The position numbers and the translations under genes are program-made. 64,000 bases of DNA from Kondoa subrosea (lineage: Eukaryota). The stretch spans positions 434,001 to 498,000 of the forward strand of contig BCIN01000002.1 of NCBI GenBank assembly GCA_039545335.1, written 5' to 3'. Below the pieces are notes generated by a model. That model made no database searches and was not told where the DNA came from. It worked only from the letters and a program-made list of their open reading frames with translations. This document shows positions 38,393 to 52,225 of this stretch, one piece after another; positions within the stretch are counted from its first letter, which is position 1; each line of letters opens with the position of its first letter.

Positions 38393-40444
38393 TTATACAA
38401 TGGTGCGCGTTGGCCAAGTGTTGCGGGAAGCCATATCGCTGCGAAAGACAGTGAATGAGACCCTTTGTAACAATACCGAACAAGTGACCTACACTACAAA
38501 TTCAAAGCAACTGTTCTCTCCAGCCAGATAAAGGTGATCGCCTTCAGGATTCCATGTCAGACCTGAACCTTTTTGATCAGACACTAAACTTTCTAGACGA
38601 GAAATAGAACTCTGACCTCTAACTTCTACACCTGAAGGCTGAACAAGCATAGCTCCAGCCAGATCACAATACGGTAGCCGCATCCTTCCTGTTCTCTCCG
38701 GACTGGCTATCATCGACCCTTCTTGCACTCCAAGTGAACCCAATCTTAATCTCCCGTCCGTCCCCAATTCAGGTAAAGTAGGCGAGACGTGTCTTGCGGA
38801 AGTTGGAGAAGCAGATATTCTCGTGTCGGAAGAATCACTCAGAAAGACAGCAAGAGAAGAAAGGGATTCAGGTCTTGGTGTTGTAGTATTGTTATCCACC
38901 AAGAATCGAGCTTGATTTCTTGCTACCGCTGGATGAGATGGAGGCATCCAATCAGGATGATTGTACATCATCGAGTCTTCATCGCCGAACAGCTCTAATG
39001 CTACAGCATCTTCTTGAAACAACTGATTACTACGTACAGATAGAGCTGCCGTAAGAGGATGTCGTTGAGTATTTGTTGGCGGTATCCGGGAGGGATCATT
39101 CGATGTTGCTTCTGCTCGGGGTAGATGAAGAACTTGAGCGCTGAAAGAGTCGTATGATCGAGCGTCCACTACTTGTACACAAGAGCGTTGCTATCAGATG
39201 ACCATCAGATCATGTGCGAGAAGGTGGACTCCAATTACCTCGGTAAAAGCTAACAACTCGCTGCCCTGACCTGGCGAAAACTTGACGACTCTTGCAGCTT
39301 TGTCCTTCGAGTTGAGCTGCGAAGCAAAGATAGGATTCGAAGCTATAGTTGAGAACCGAGCTACCGTCTGAGTTGATCCGGGCAAAGAATAAGAGTATGG
39401 CTTGAGCGAGCGAACATCAAACACAGTAACGATGCCATCTAAACCTCATAAGCACCTGCATAGTATATACAAGAAGAGATGCAAGCAGACCTTGAGAAGC
39501 TGTAGCACATGTCTGACTGTCTCTACTCCAATCAGTTGAGAAGCCTCCGTCTGATCCTGCCCTCGCAACGTGTATTAGCTATTGGGGATGGATCAGATCC
39601 ATTACGTTTCGCTGGACTGCTGGACTCACAGTATATTTATCATCCCTATTTCGTGGACAGGCGAAGAAGAAAGCTTCATTGGTATCGCCAACGGCTACCA
39701 TATATTTGCCATCAGGACTGATACTGGCTAATCTACTCATCAGATCTACTTCCGTTACATGAAATGAAGAAACTGACTATGATTAATAGCAGTATTAAAC
39801 GGAATGGTCTGCTTCTTTTCCATGACAGGTCTATCTCTCAAATCGCGCGGAGCTCTTGCAGACTCCGCATCCAAATCCATCTCTCTTCTCTGGTAACTCG
39901 AACTCGGTGGATGCACATCGTATACGATAATGCTTGAATCATTGTTTGATATGAGCAAGCGAGCGAGAGGAGGAAGATTTGGATCGGATTGATCAGGTCT
40001 GGTAGCTGTTCGACTACTTCCAGGGAGAGGAGCGATATGTATTGAGTTGTTGATGCTACCACCGATGGAGTAATTCGCTGTAGCCCAAGCGTTTCTCTTA
40101 TCATCGTCCCATCTCCTCACAGAAAGTTGCGAGTTCTGTCCTCCGCAAGCTAATAGTCCTTGACCTTGTACCAGGCAATTGGCAGAGTAGTTTAAATGAA
40201 AGAGACGAGACGAATAGCCAGAAGAGAAATCCAGACCAACGACAGAGTGACCATTAAGAGAAGCTACTTTGCCAGTCTTTGGGCAAAGGAGCAAATCCAA
40301 GAGTTGCGGATGAGAGGAGGTTGTATGATGAGCGTATGACATGTATTCTGGTCGAATGAAGGCTTGGCTAGAGCGACAAAGCTCCTTCAGTCGAGCTGCA
40401 TCGTACTGAGGTGCCTCGTAATGATTCGAAGCGTGGATAGCCAT
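38393..40444 (-). CDS. WD40-like / DUF2415-type beta-propeller protein
   Basis: HPQLLDL, LLACGGQNSQL, GGSINNS, LLISNND, ISPDGK, ARVVKFSP, LLAFTE, GLTWNPEGDHLY. Confidence 0.75.
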
Positions 40445-40508
40445 GACTAGTTCCGCCAGGCTATTTCATCGTTTGTGGACAAAGATGTTTCTTTCGGGAA
40501 ACGCAACC

Positions 40509-41068
40509 ATGCCCGTAGTTTGGGCGCGTCCCGCCGACCCTGTATCCAGGACACTAATAGGACTAGGTGTAGGAGCATCAGCCATCGTAAGAAAGGTCGC
40601 GTTCAAGCGAAATGTGATGACATTCTTGTTTTAGGCAACCATATATCACACCTATCTCTTGGCAGCCCTCTTCTCTCCCTCGCACCCAAAGAAAGAGAAA
40701 CGGCTGCGATCCATCTATTCAGCCGGAGCACTTTACATCCCTTCAGCTTGCGCAGTGGCTGCTGTTGCCTACTTCTTCGCTTCTCACCGGACTGGCCAGG
40801 CTGAATTTATGGTACATGGAAAGCCCACCGTCTTCTTGGCTGGTACTGCTGCATTAGCTGGAGTGATGCCGTAGGTCAACAGGTAAGAAAGCTGAAGACG
40901 CGCTGATTTGTAAGCAGATGGACTGTACCGAAAGATGTCGATCCAGAAAGCAAAGAAGACACGTTGGAGGTAGAAGTGAGGGAAGGAGTGAGCGTTCGAA
41001 CGTTGCTATCGACTTTGTCTTGCTTCGGCGGATTACTGGCTCTAGGGGATAGTCGTCGGGCCTATTAA
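40509..41068 (+). CDS. Small multi-TM protein (DUF1772-like), 3 exons
   Basis: Spliced MPVVWARP...LIGLGVGASAI|ATIYHTYLLAALF...LAGVMP|WTVP...VRTLLSTLSCFGGLLAL. Confidence 0.55.
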
Positions 41069-41138
41069 GCGTACATGAGCAAACATAAACCAGATCGACA
41101 TCGCATGTAACTACCTTCTGTAATAGATCTCTGCTCTT

Positions 41139-43996
41139 TCACATGGCGAATGCAACAACTTCCCACCATTTCAAGAAATCATGGATACAGTTCCATTCGC
41201 TTTCATCATTCAGAGCCCCTTGAACAGCTTGTGCAAGTCCTTCTTCTGCTCTTCGAAGCGCTTCATAACATTCTCTTTCTTCCGGCGAGAACCGCTCGGC
41301 TTCTTTCCTCATCAGACTTTTGGCTCGTAAACTGTTTGCGGCGAATGATTTTCGACCTGCAAAACTCATTCGGTTTGGCATTGTGGGAGTGAGCTGACGT
41401 GGTGTTCCGACTGGTGGAGGTTTCCTAAGACCTTTCTCTTCGAGTAGCTTGCGAACAAGATAATGCAACCACTGTAGCCAAATCAGAATAAGCTTCAACT
41501 TCAGATGAAGTAGAGTAAGACACGTACGAGAAGATTCGTGGTCGGATGATAATCTTCCCATCTGTCTTCACTGACAATTCTCATCATTCTGTACACTTCA
41601 AACTGATAATCGCCTTCCCCTTGAAAAAGTTCTTCTCCTTCAAATCCGCCATGCAAACGTTCGCCAAATGAATCACAAGCAGAAGACAAAGTAAAATCAA
41701 TGATTCGAGCTCGACAACCAGTTTTCTCAGGTCGAAGCCGACTCGATAAAGATCGACCGGAGAGTCTTCGCAGAGGCGTGAAATCTGTTGGTAGGGTTGA
41801 AGTAGATATAGTTCGTTCAATGAGAATGTTGCCCCAATGGAGATCACGGTGCTGAAATCATCTTTAGAAATGCGCAAAATGCAATGTAAAATGCAGTTAC
41901 CTCAAATTGCCAAGCTTGTTCTGCTACATGTAGCGAAGAGGCGACTTGCCATAAGATACTAGCGGCCTGTTGCCAGTCTTTGCATCGAAAGGTCTCCAAA
42001 TCAACCCCTCCATAAGGTAAGCACAAGATGAGGTAAAGTTGCGAAGCAGCAAAAACAGCTGTGAGCAAATGTTTGCTTCTTAGCTATACAAGACAGCAGA
42101 AGACAAATGAAGCTTACAAGGTCTGACGTTCTCACTTTTTGCAGGTTCACTCTCTTTGTACAAATCCCATTCATCAAGTAAAGGTTCAGGGTAAACGCCT
42201 TGAACAACATGAGCCCTATCACACTCTCTATGTCAGATTCAGATCCTCTCCTCTTTCCAATATACTAGCTCACGACAACAAATTCACAAATCCTTGACTA
42301 CCGGTAGAACTGATCATTCTAGTAATCTTGACTTCCCTCAACCCATCTTCCCACCGACTTTCTTCCGGTCTTAATCCTTTGTGTTTCTTGTCCGGGTTCA
42401 AAAGTGGAACGATTTTGCATACAACTCCTCCAACAAGATAGATTTCACTATAAGTCGCTTCGCCTAATTTTCTCCATACTGTCGGAGCGGTACATGCAGA
42501 TGCTGATGGATTGAGCAAGTTTGAAGAGGCTGAGAGGGAGACAAAGGAGGTGAAATTATAGGGTTTGATTTGATCGCATTCGGTCAGTAAGGGCAAAATA
42601 GTCGATGGGTAATTACAGCGAGATAGCGTCGGAAGAGGTGGAGATGCTGCTTGGGATATATCGGCAGGGAGCATTGAGGCAATGACAGGTTCTGATATTG
42701 GATCTGCCATTACTGCAGAAGCGATCCGAAGCATCTTCAGTCATTGAATGAAGCAGTGAATGTCAACTTACCCATCGTTACAGCATCAGTATTCCTTCTC
42801 GACTTCCTATTTGCTCTGCTCCGAATCTCCTCTACCGCAGGTATTGGCAATGATACAACCTCTTCTTCCACAGGTGTACTGGGTACAATAACTGGTGAAG
42901 CTATTTTTCTTATAGGTGAATCAAGCACATAGAAAGCTTCAGGCTGGACGACCGCAGAGACAGGTGTCGAAGAGAGAGTTACAACATCGTCCAGTTCTTG
43001 CTCTTCCACTTCGATAGGTTCGACAGATGACTTAGGTGATGACTTGCGCGGAAGAGGGACCCGTCGTTTAGCTTTGTGTCTTCGTGATGTCACTCTAGGT
43101 GCTGCTGCTATCGGTGGAGCTATAAAAGGCGAAGGAGGAAGAAGTGTCTGAGGTGTACTTGAGCCTTCAGGAGATATTGGTGGAGAAAGGGAAAGTCGAG
43201 CTAATGCATCTTGTATTGTTGGTACTTCGACTTCTATGCTTGAATCGATATGTATTGTTGGTAATTTGACGGTGGTTCGCCTTCGAGTTGATTTGCGTGG
43301 AACTGATTTCTTGACTGGGCTGGGCACAAAGTGAGTATATTCGACAGAGAGATCGCGTTCGGGCTGAAAACCTGAGATGATCTCGAGTGATAGATCTGCA
43401 GGTAAATGTTCCGAATCAGCGTTGAAAGAGGGAGGCGATGCTGCTTGAACGTCTTCTGAGGATGTCGATGCTTTGGCAGAAGAACTAGAGGATGTGCTGA
43501 TCTCCATGATGTCGCTCATCTGGATTGGTTGATTCGATGCACTTGATGATCTTGCAGCTGATGCACTCAATTGTTGACCAACGATGGTAGATGCTCTACG
43601 AGAAGATCTTCTAGGCACCACTTCTGCTACTTCTTCCTGCACTTGCTCGGAGCCATTGGGAAGATCCGCCGAGATCTGTACTGCCGCTTTCCGACGAGTT
43701 CGCCTTATGATATTTCGAGCTGGAGAAGCAGATATAGGCACATAAGGAGCATCCCCACTTTCTTCATCTGATCCAGAGTGCACAACAGGTTTGAGAGCGT
43801 TCCTGATCTTCTGTTTTGATAGCGCAGGTTTCTTGATTGGCTCTGAACAGTCTTCTGATTCATTGATAGGCGACACAGTCCTGAAAGGCGATGCCGGCAG
43901 GTTCTCCTTGTCTTCTCTAACGGATCTTGACAGGTCTACGACTCTCGCTCGCTTCTTGCCATAAGTTTGAAACTTCTTCGTTTTGGTGCCCAGCAT
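41139..43996 (-). CDS. Haspin family Ser/Thr kinase (Alk1/Hrk1-like)
   Basis: KLGEATYSEIY, FE|HRDLHWGNILI, IIDFTLS, FQGEGDYQFEVYRMMR, YHPTTNLL; long disordered N-terminus. Confidence 0.92.
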
Positions 43997-44573
43997 TGCT
44001 TCGCTCGATGTGAGATACCCAGATATCGATCAGCAGGTATATACGAGCCCACAAAGAGGGTATACGCTCTATTGCGGCAGAAGTCACGGTTTGCGGAAAA
44101 TCAAAACAATGAAGCTCTTCTGCGAGCAAGCAACTTGAGGAACGTCATCGCCCTGCCTTTGCTCACCATTGACTCTGTAGGTCCCCCATTGCTTTATATA
44201 CCTCGTTTTCCAGCTCTTGTTCATCATTGTCCGTTTGTTCATCGCTTACATCATCATTATTTCGTACTTTTGGTCTTGATTATACATGGGTTGGCTGTCT
44301 TCTTCCCTTCTCTAAGAGACTTCTTCATGCTTGTGTATCGCTACATGTGACTTGCAGCCATCTGGAATCTGCTCTAAAGTCATCTACGACTACGAGTTCT
44401 GCGAGTGCACGGACTGCGAAATCAAGCTGTGCTCGCAGACTCTTCGGCACTATGCATGACAGCTTGAATATTACTCTTCAGTTCGTTACATGGGCGTCGT
44501 CGCTAAAATGTGCGTCTGCATCCAATGGAGGACTGAACCAATTCTGCGCTTACAGGGCAAGTACCATTGAGCA

Positions 44574-45465
44574 ATGGAATCCCTTCCTCTTGAAATCCTC
44601 GACCTCATCAAGCCTTTGCTCACTCTCCCGTCACTAGTCAATTTATCACAATGCTCTAAAAGATTGCGCAACCATTTTGGCAGGGAAGACGCTTTTGCTA
44701 CCGCTTGTCGGTCTTTGGGTTTATCAAGACCTGTTGTTGAAGGTCTTGAGAACAGTGTACTTGGTCTGCTTTGGCTGCTTCTATTGCTGGACATGAAGGT
44801 TGCGTGCTCGTGCATTGCCATACGATCGAAGAGACTTTGCTTGGTATTTACTAGAACGATACCCTGGTGCTCAATATTCATGACTAGATAGGCATTTGCG
44901 ATTCTCCCAAATCGATCCTGACCAAAGCCAAAGCCAAGAAGAACACTAAGGAATGGCGGCTTGAATTGCACCCGTTACTCGTTGAACTCGAAATGGAAGA
45001 ATTCAAGAGTATTTGTGATGCAGAGATTGACTGCTTCAATGACCCTGAAGGGCTCTTCATGGAGAAGATCGATGGGGAAGAGGTTGATGCGGATGAAGAT
45101 TTCGAAGCAGATGGAAGAGATGGCGAAAGCTTCATGATCGTTTCTCATCCACCTCTCTATGCTTCTTATTGTACTCCATTCGAACCAATTGACTCTTATA
45201 TCTGGGGCTGGGATTTCGGTTACGGTTTCGGACGGTAACTTACTTTCATTATGCGAACTAATCAGGGAGCTGAACCAGTTCAGCAATGGGACGATCAAGA
45301 ACGAAGATGGTATTTGTATCCTCGATGTAGCTCGAGTTATTCTCACCGGGTACGTGCTGTACTTTGCCTTGTGCTAAAGGTCAAGCTCAAAACCATAATA
45401 GGACCCAGAAGATCATAGCCGAGAGTGATTCGCTAATGGTACGGCAGCTTTTTAATACTTCTTGA
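44574..45465 (+). CDS. F-box-like protein, possibly frameshifted near 44750
   Basis: MESLPLEILDLIKPLLTLPSLVNLSQCSKRLR F-box. The downstream exon structure and 3' end are uncertain. Confidence 0.55.
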
Positions 45466-45980
45466 TACCCTTACTGATTGCTTCCAGATTGAGCATATGG
45501 GTCGTCTGTTTGCTCAAAGCATTGGGAAACCTGATCGCGATTTCAAGAGCATTGTCAACTTCGAGGAGTAGACATGTCAGGCAGCTTTGGGGCTCGTAGA
45601 CTCTGCCACAACTTTCTTTACCTTCCTTGCACCCTCCCGGGAACTGCACGTGCCGAATTTGACTTTGTAAGAAATATTCTGCCAGAGACTCTGAACCAGC
45701 ATCTTGTTCTTGAGCCATCACTGCTGTCAAATCAGCCCTTAAAGACGTGAGTTGTCAGCACCTGCTTTGTGTACACTAGCTCTGCCTTTGGAACGTGCAT
45801 TTCGGGATCCTGCCCATGCACTTCTGTCTTGTACAAGCCAGCTATGCCTTGTTGCTGCAGCTGTAGCTTTCATCTTGTATAGTTCTCGCTATCCTCTGAA
45901 GACAATGCTCATTCATGCTTGCTCTTTGCTTTCTTTGCCATTTAAGTAATTGTGTTACATTTCGACTGAATCAAGAAGCC

Positions 45981-47141
45981 ATGGAAGATTACGACAACAT
46001 TTACGGAGGTGCAGACGATGAAGTAGATTACGGAATGGCTTCACCAGCGACACCTAAGGCAGAACCAAATCAATCTCAATCCGTAGCTCAAGCTTCGACT
46101 TCCTCCCATCATCAGCAAACTTCTGCTCCTATCGCTGCTTCAAGACCTGCTCCTTCTCAAATGTACAACCAAGTCAAACCTTCTGAACCTTCCGATGTAC
46201 AAATGGCTAGATCTTTGGGCGCTGATTCTGCTTTGAACGCTCAATCCGCTATTCTCTTGCATGACATGCATTGGGTACGTCAATCCTGCTATATGTAGAC
46301 TTCGAGAGACTAAAAACGCGACGCAGTGGACTCGTGATGAAGACATCAAGGAGTTTTGTCAGAAAGCTGGTGTTTTCATCGAAACGCGAGACGTGACCTT
46401 TTCGGAACATAAAGTCAACGGAAAATCAAAGGGGTCCGCTCTTCTTCCTTTGTCTAGTACTACTTCTATTTCTGTATTCTTATTCTCGCTTCGTTTTGTA
46501 CTTTTTGCAGATCATGCTATATTACTTTTACCTCTCCTGAAGATGCCGATATCGTTCAAGAATACGTCCTTGCCAAGTGCGTTTGCTAGATGGTTGACGA
46601 CTGCCTTGTGACTTGCTAAATCAAAATACTGCCATAGCGAAATTCAAGGCAAAAGGTTCCAACCTGAAGCTACACCAGTCCTTTCTTCCAGTCCTTTTTT
46701 GACACTACCTAAAGGTAATCTTTTCCTTCTTGATGTATACCATTATGCGAATTGCTGAAATATGTGTTTACAGAGGCCAATCCATCTGGAGTTCGCGATC
46801 GAGGTGGTTATAGGGGCAGAGGAGGAGTTCGACAAAATATCTTACAACAACAGCAACAGAACGCTCAAGCTCAACAGCAGCAGCAACAGCCAGGAGGAAT
46901 GAATGCGTTTGGTATGCCTGCGAACATGATGTTCCCAATGATGGCTGGAATGCCTTTTGGTGCTGCTGGAATGATGGGTATGCCACAGCAGCAACAGCAA
47001 GGTTATGGAAGAGGTGCTGGCGCTGTTGCTCCTAGAGGTGTTGGAGGCAGAGGAAGAAATCCGTTTGGTTTGCCTCAGAATGGAAGCGGTGGTTACGAGT
47101 CAGCGCCTCCTCAGAAGCGAGGGAGAACAGACGACTATTAG
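45981..47141 (+). CDS. RRM protein, CPSF6/CFIm68-like
   Basis: ILLHDMHW|WTRDED, VTFSEHKVNGKSKG, RGG- and Q/M/G-rich tail. Confidence 0.8.
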
Positions 47142-47209
47142 GGCGTTTCGGTAGATTGAGTCATTTCATGCATTTTCAATTTCAAGCTGTTGTCTGCATA
47201 CGAGCGTGT

Positions 47210-49355
47210 ATGCTCAGGCGGTTTGGACGATACCTAGCACAGAGACGCAACATGTCACAATATACCAAAGTCCCTGAGATAACCCTTTCGCCAGATGAAT
47301 CTCAGCTCATCACCGCGTTGGACAAGTTTTCGAAACATTTGGCTTCGAGCAAGCCTGGATCTGAGCCTGTGACATTGAGAATTGCTGGAGGATGGGTTCG
47401 CGACAAGGTCTGCTGCTTTACAAGTCGTGCTCGACGAAAGCTGTAATGATGCGTATTCGTGAAACGAAAGTTACTTGGACTGCCTTCTTCAGATTTGGAT
47501 GTCGCTATCAGCAGTATGACAGGCTATGACTTTGCTGTCCAATTTTGCGAATACGTGGACAACGTTTTGCAGGCCGACAAGCCAAAGCAGAAGAAGACAA
47601 CTGTAGCCTGCATTGCAGCGAATCCTGATCAGTCGAAACATTTGGAGACTGCTACTGCTCCTGTCTTCAATCATGATGTGGACTTTGTTCAGCTCAGAAG
47701 CGAAGAGTACGGTTCGGGCAGTCGAATACCTACTGGAGTAGTCAGTAGCATGATCCATCAATACTCAGAATCTCAGAAGTGATCACAGACTTTCGGCACA
47801 CCTTTGCAAGACTCTCTGAGAAGAGATCTGACTATGAACGCGCTCTTCTACAATGTACACAATAAGCAAGTCGAAGATTGGACAGAGAAGGTTCGCTTCT
47901 TGGCAAGTTTCAATGCATCGCTCACATACAGATAGGGTCTTGTAGATCTTTTAGAAAGTCCTCTGATACGATGCCCTCTTCCGCCTCTGCAAACTTTTCT
48001 GGATGACCCGCTGCGGATTTTGCGCTGCATTCGCTTCGCCAGTCGGTTTGGTTTCCCTTTGGATCCTTCAATCACCGAGACAGTGGCTTTACCTGAGATC
48101 AAGGTGAGAGACACGAGCCTCATGCAAAAGTGCTTTGTTGAACTTCTCGTCTGTCACAGCAAGCGCTCCGAGACAAAGTCAGCAAAGAACGCGTGTACAT
48201 AGAGCTGGAGAAGATGCTCAAGAGTATGCCACGACGCTACTCGCATTACTTGCGCTGATCCACGTCTAGATCCTCGCGCTTTACACGCTCTTCGTCTAAT
48301 ACATCAGCTCGGCCTATACTCTAACATTTTCAGTCTTCCTTCTCCTCCAACCACTCTCTCTCAAGACTTGCCCTCACCCTCGGAATCCCAAGCTTCGGCA
48401 CTTGGCTCGGTAGAAATGCTAGCGCGCCTGCTGCCTTCACCCAAGTCTACTTCAGAACAGGATCTTGCGAAACCTGAAGCATCCTTTCCTACTCCCTTAC
48501 ATACCGAATTGCCGAAAGAGGTCGATGCAGAAGTGCGAAAACGACTCTACTTGGCTGCATCCTTGATACCGTTTCGAGGAATTACCTATAAAGAGAAAAG
48601 TAAAACCGTTTGGTTGGGGGAGAAATTCTTAAGGGAAGGTCTGAATGTGAGTTTGACCAATTTGCTTATACGTACTAGCTGATCTAATGGTCCTCAAGGT
48701 GTCGAATAACGATAGAACAGTTGTCACAAGGTTGTATGAGGCTGCAAAGCTGATAAGCAATCCTGCTTTGGAACGATTCCAACAACCTTCCGAGCGAGTT
48801 GCAATAGGTGTGTATTGTTTGGGCTGGCTGAATATCCATACTAAGCGATATCAGGTCTCGTGCTGAGAGATTCTAACGTTCATGATGCACATGTTGGACC
48901 AAGCTGGCAAACCTCTCTTCTCTTCTCCCTCGTACTAGATCTATTAGACAACAAAGCATCTGGTCAGCCTGATCTCTGGCAAGCGATTCTCGGCTAACAG
49001 CTTCTTTCAAACAGGGGAGGAAATTATCGAGACATACAACATCTTCATTGACCGACTAAGGCATCACAAGCTGATCTCTGACGTCTTTAACAAACCACTT
49101 CTCGATGTCAGTCTGTATCTTGTGTCATAGGCTCGCACTGAAACACCGTGGTAGGGTCATGAGATCTCGCAGATCTTAGGCTTTAAGCCAGGCAAAGCTA
49201 CAGCGGACTTGCTTCAACAAGTAGTAATTTGGCAACTAGATCATCCGGATCAGGGAAAAGAAGATTGCAGGGCATGGTTTACCGCAGAATGGGCAGCTGG
49301 GCGCTTTCGTGTAACTCCGCCAGAACCACCTGCAAAGAAATCAAAGAAAGGCTGA
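47210..49355 (+). CDS. CCA1: tRNA nucleotidyltransferase (CCA-adding, poly(A) polymerase family)
   Basis: LRIAGGWVRDK|LLG...DLDVA, NPDQSKHLETA, DFVQLRSEEY, RRDLTMNALFYN, TFLDDPLRILRCIRFASRF. Confidence 0.92.
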
Positions 49356-49459
49356 ACTAAATTCCATTGCTCTTTGTCCCAAATCGACCACTATATTACA
49401 GCTCTCAAATAACACTTCTGTTTGTACAACCTTTTTTTTTAACTTAATCTCACTATAAA

Positions 49460-52225
49460 TTAGACATCGAAAATTTGAAGCTCTACATGGCTGCGTCAGC
49501 TCGGTCGGTCAAAAGTATGGGATTACTCACGATCATTCCACTTCTTCTGTTTCCTCGCTTCCGCATACTTGCCAGTATACTGCCATTTACCATCAGCTTG
49601 CTGGAAATACTGAGGAACCAGTTTGTCCAATTCTGCTTTGCGTGATCGTTGTTTCTCTTCGAGCTTAGTCTTCACTTCCTCCGCTTGGTCTACTTCACCT
49701 CTTTCTAGCATAGATTGATCTGGTCTAAAGCGAGAATCTGTAGGAGGAAGTAAATCCTTGATATCTGATGTGACTTCGTTTAATTCGACAGCAAAGTTAC
49801 CGAAGCCATACTGTGTGGTCGGATCCGAATGAGGTTCATTTATCTTCCATAGCAAGTCGTAGCTGCTTCCTCCAGATTTGCGAGAGACTTCAGGGAGATC
49901 AGCATTATACTGAAAATCACCAAAGTAACGGCAACTCACAGCTTTCGTCCCACTTCCCGGCCAAAGTAGTCTCTTCGTTCCCATTTGCGTTGTAAACAGT
50001 GCCTTCCACTTTGTTTCGAGACGAAGCTCCTCCCCACATGCTTGACTCTACGTTGTCCGGATCAATTTGATTTTGAAAGGAAGCATTTAAGCGCACCTTG
50101 ACACTCTAAGTCAGCTCGTTCGCCAGAGGAAGCTTCGATGCTGAAATCGCCAACATACTATGCAGACTGCTTAGCGGAAATCCGGCAGAAATCTGGCAGT
50201 ATCTATACCTCAATATATCTTAGGTACTCAAGCTTGAGCGACACAAAAACACAGTTCAGAGAACGAGCAGCTTACTTTGTTCCAGACATGATATTGCGGC
50301 TGGTGTAAAAGTCAGTTTGGTATATAGTTGTATCCGAGTGAGGCTTACGCGAAAGTAGAAGGCAAGGACCATGTATACACCACATCTGAATCTTTGAAAC
50401 GCAACTCCCTGGTTCCTGTATCACAATGACCATTAGACTTGTCGACTAACATGCCAGCTATTTTACTCACCAGTCGGAATATATTCCATACTTTTACCGT
50501 AAAATTTGGATTTCCCACCAGAATCGAGATTGATAGTCCATGCTCCGTTTGGGTCTTCTGCCCAACAAGCAAGTATAGGAGGATGATGGCTGACTTTCTC
50601 TGCGACAAAGTTTAGACCTTTGTCTGCTCGGAATGTCTCGTATGTTTCGCCTAGCATTGGATTAAAAGGTTTTCGAGCCCCTGTAGCCAAATTTTCAGTC
50701 AAAGATCGGGTTTATGCAGTACTACTACGGCATACCTCGGAATTTGGCAGCTGAGAAGCCTGAAACGACGAAAGCTGCTACATAGCAGATTCTGTCTATC
50801 GGATCTTTGGCTTCTGCTGCTTGAGAGAGGAGAGAAGCGTATTCCATGATTTCAGCTTGAGCCTGCAAAGCACTCAAAGGTTCATTGAAGGATCTTTGAA
50901 GGTCTGCAAATCAGCAAACGTCTATTGACAGATGTTCAATCACTAACATCGGGAATGAAATGCGAGACAGATCTTTGCCCATATTCTTCCTCAGCATGCC
51001 GAAAATGCTAACATCGTTTCCACTTTCAGGGGCAGGCAATTTTGTTCTTCTTTGTACGTGTTCGCCTTCATTCGATGCGTGATGAGATTGAGCAGTCTTC
51101 AGTGATCTAGTATCATCTTCCGCTTCGCTATCTTCGCCATCACTTTCAGGCACAGCGGATAAAGCATCTTCTTCGTCATCACCCGAATCAGATGCATTCT
51201 GCCTGATAGAGTCCATATCATATTCCGCTCCAGCATCGTCAGCATCATGATATATTGAAGTCTCGTCCAGATCCACAGAGTTTCGAGCAGAATGATAACC
51301 TTGAACACCACGAGAAGCAAGTACAGCGGCTAAGGGTGATCCGGGAGGAGCATCAGAAGAATGAGAACTGCCTTTACCTTTCGCTGAGAGTAGATCAAGA
51401 AGTTCTTTATGCTGAGTCTGAAGTTTCGCTACGAGTTTGCTAATTTGGTTTAATTGAGACGATTGCGAATGACTGGAAGCCACACTAGCTGTTTCTGCTG
51501 TCGTTGCTTCTTTCTGACTGGTTTCTTTGCTATGTCCTGTCAGGAAGCATTCAACACACGCGCTTTTCAGCAGCACTGGAACCAAGACTGACCCAGCTTG
51601 AACATGGTCTTTAGCTTCTTGTCCAGTTTACCAACACCATGACTTGATTGATCATCTTTACTGCCTACGGAGCCACCCTCAGATTCAGACTTCATTGTCT
51701 CTTGCAACAGATTCAACTCTTGCAATGGTTGACTCAATTTAGTAGCAGCAACAAAGATAGCTCTCATATCAGCAGCTGAATCAGCTGGATGACCACCAAT
51801 AGCAGGCGAAGGAGGACCTCTGTCGAGATTGAGCGAGCTTCGACTAGCTACGCGAATGAAACCACGAAAAGCTTCAAGCCAATGGGTGTAATCATCATTT
51901 GAAAGACAACGAAGTTTCCAGATTGAAGAACCAGAGTCTATAGTCAGATCCAAAGTCGTTTCACTCCGCGAGATTGCAGAATGGGAGATTAAGAAGGCCT
52001 CCCGTGCAGATGACTTGGCAGAGACTGAATAGGACAGACGTCCATCTTCTGTGAGTCTGAGCCATCTGCGAGCGAAGCCTTGATTACGCTTGCGTTTCCT
52101 GGACAGCTCAAGATTGTCGGACACGGCATGACGGCATAACACAAGATAGTAACTGACCTCTTGAGCATCCATCCTTCGCGTACAACAGGCGAGCCCTTGT
52201 CACCTTTATCTACCTTGTCCGACAT
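49460..52225 (-). CDS. Oxysterol-binding protein with N-terminal PH domain (Osh3-like)
   Basis: REGWMLK|RKRKRNQGFARRW PH domain, GKDLSRISFP, RKPFNPMLGETYE, AEKVSHHPP, LPPTDSRFRPDQ. Confidence 0.92.

Noticed and set aside
42734..42790. Apparent premature stop splitting the haspin ORF
   Set aside because: The stop lies inside a canonical GTAAGT...CTGCAG intron.
45452..45730. 92-aa minus-strand ORF
   Set aside because: No recognisable motif and an uncertain start. It could be a small orphan gene but cannot be supported.
47680..47850. Possible split CC- or A-adding enzyme
   Set aside because: The flexible-loop region (SEEY...SRIP) and the RRD and DDPLR motifs look intact, so nothing points to partial activity.
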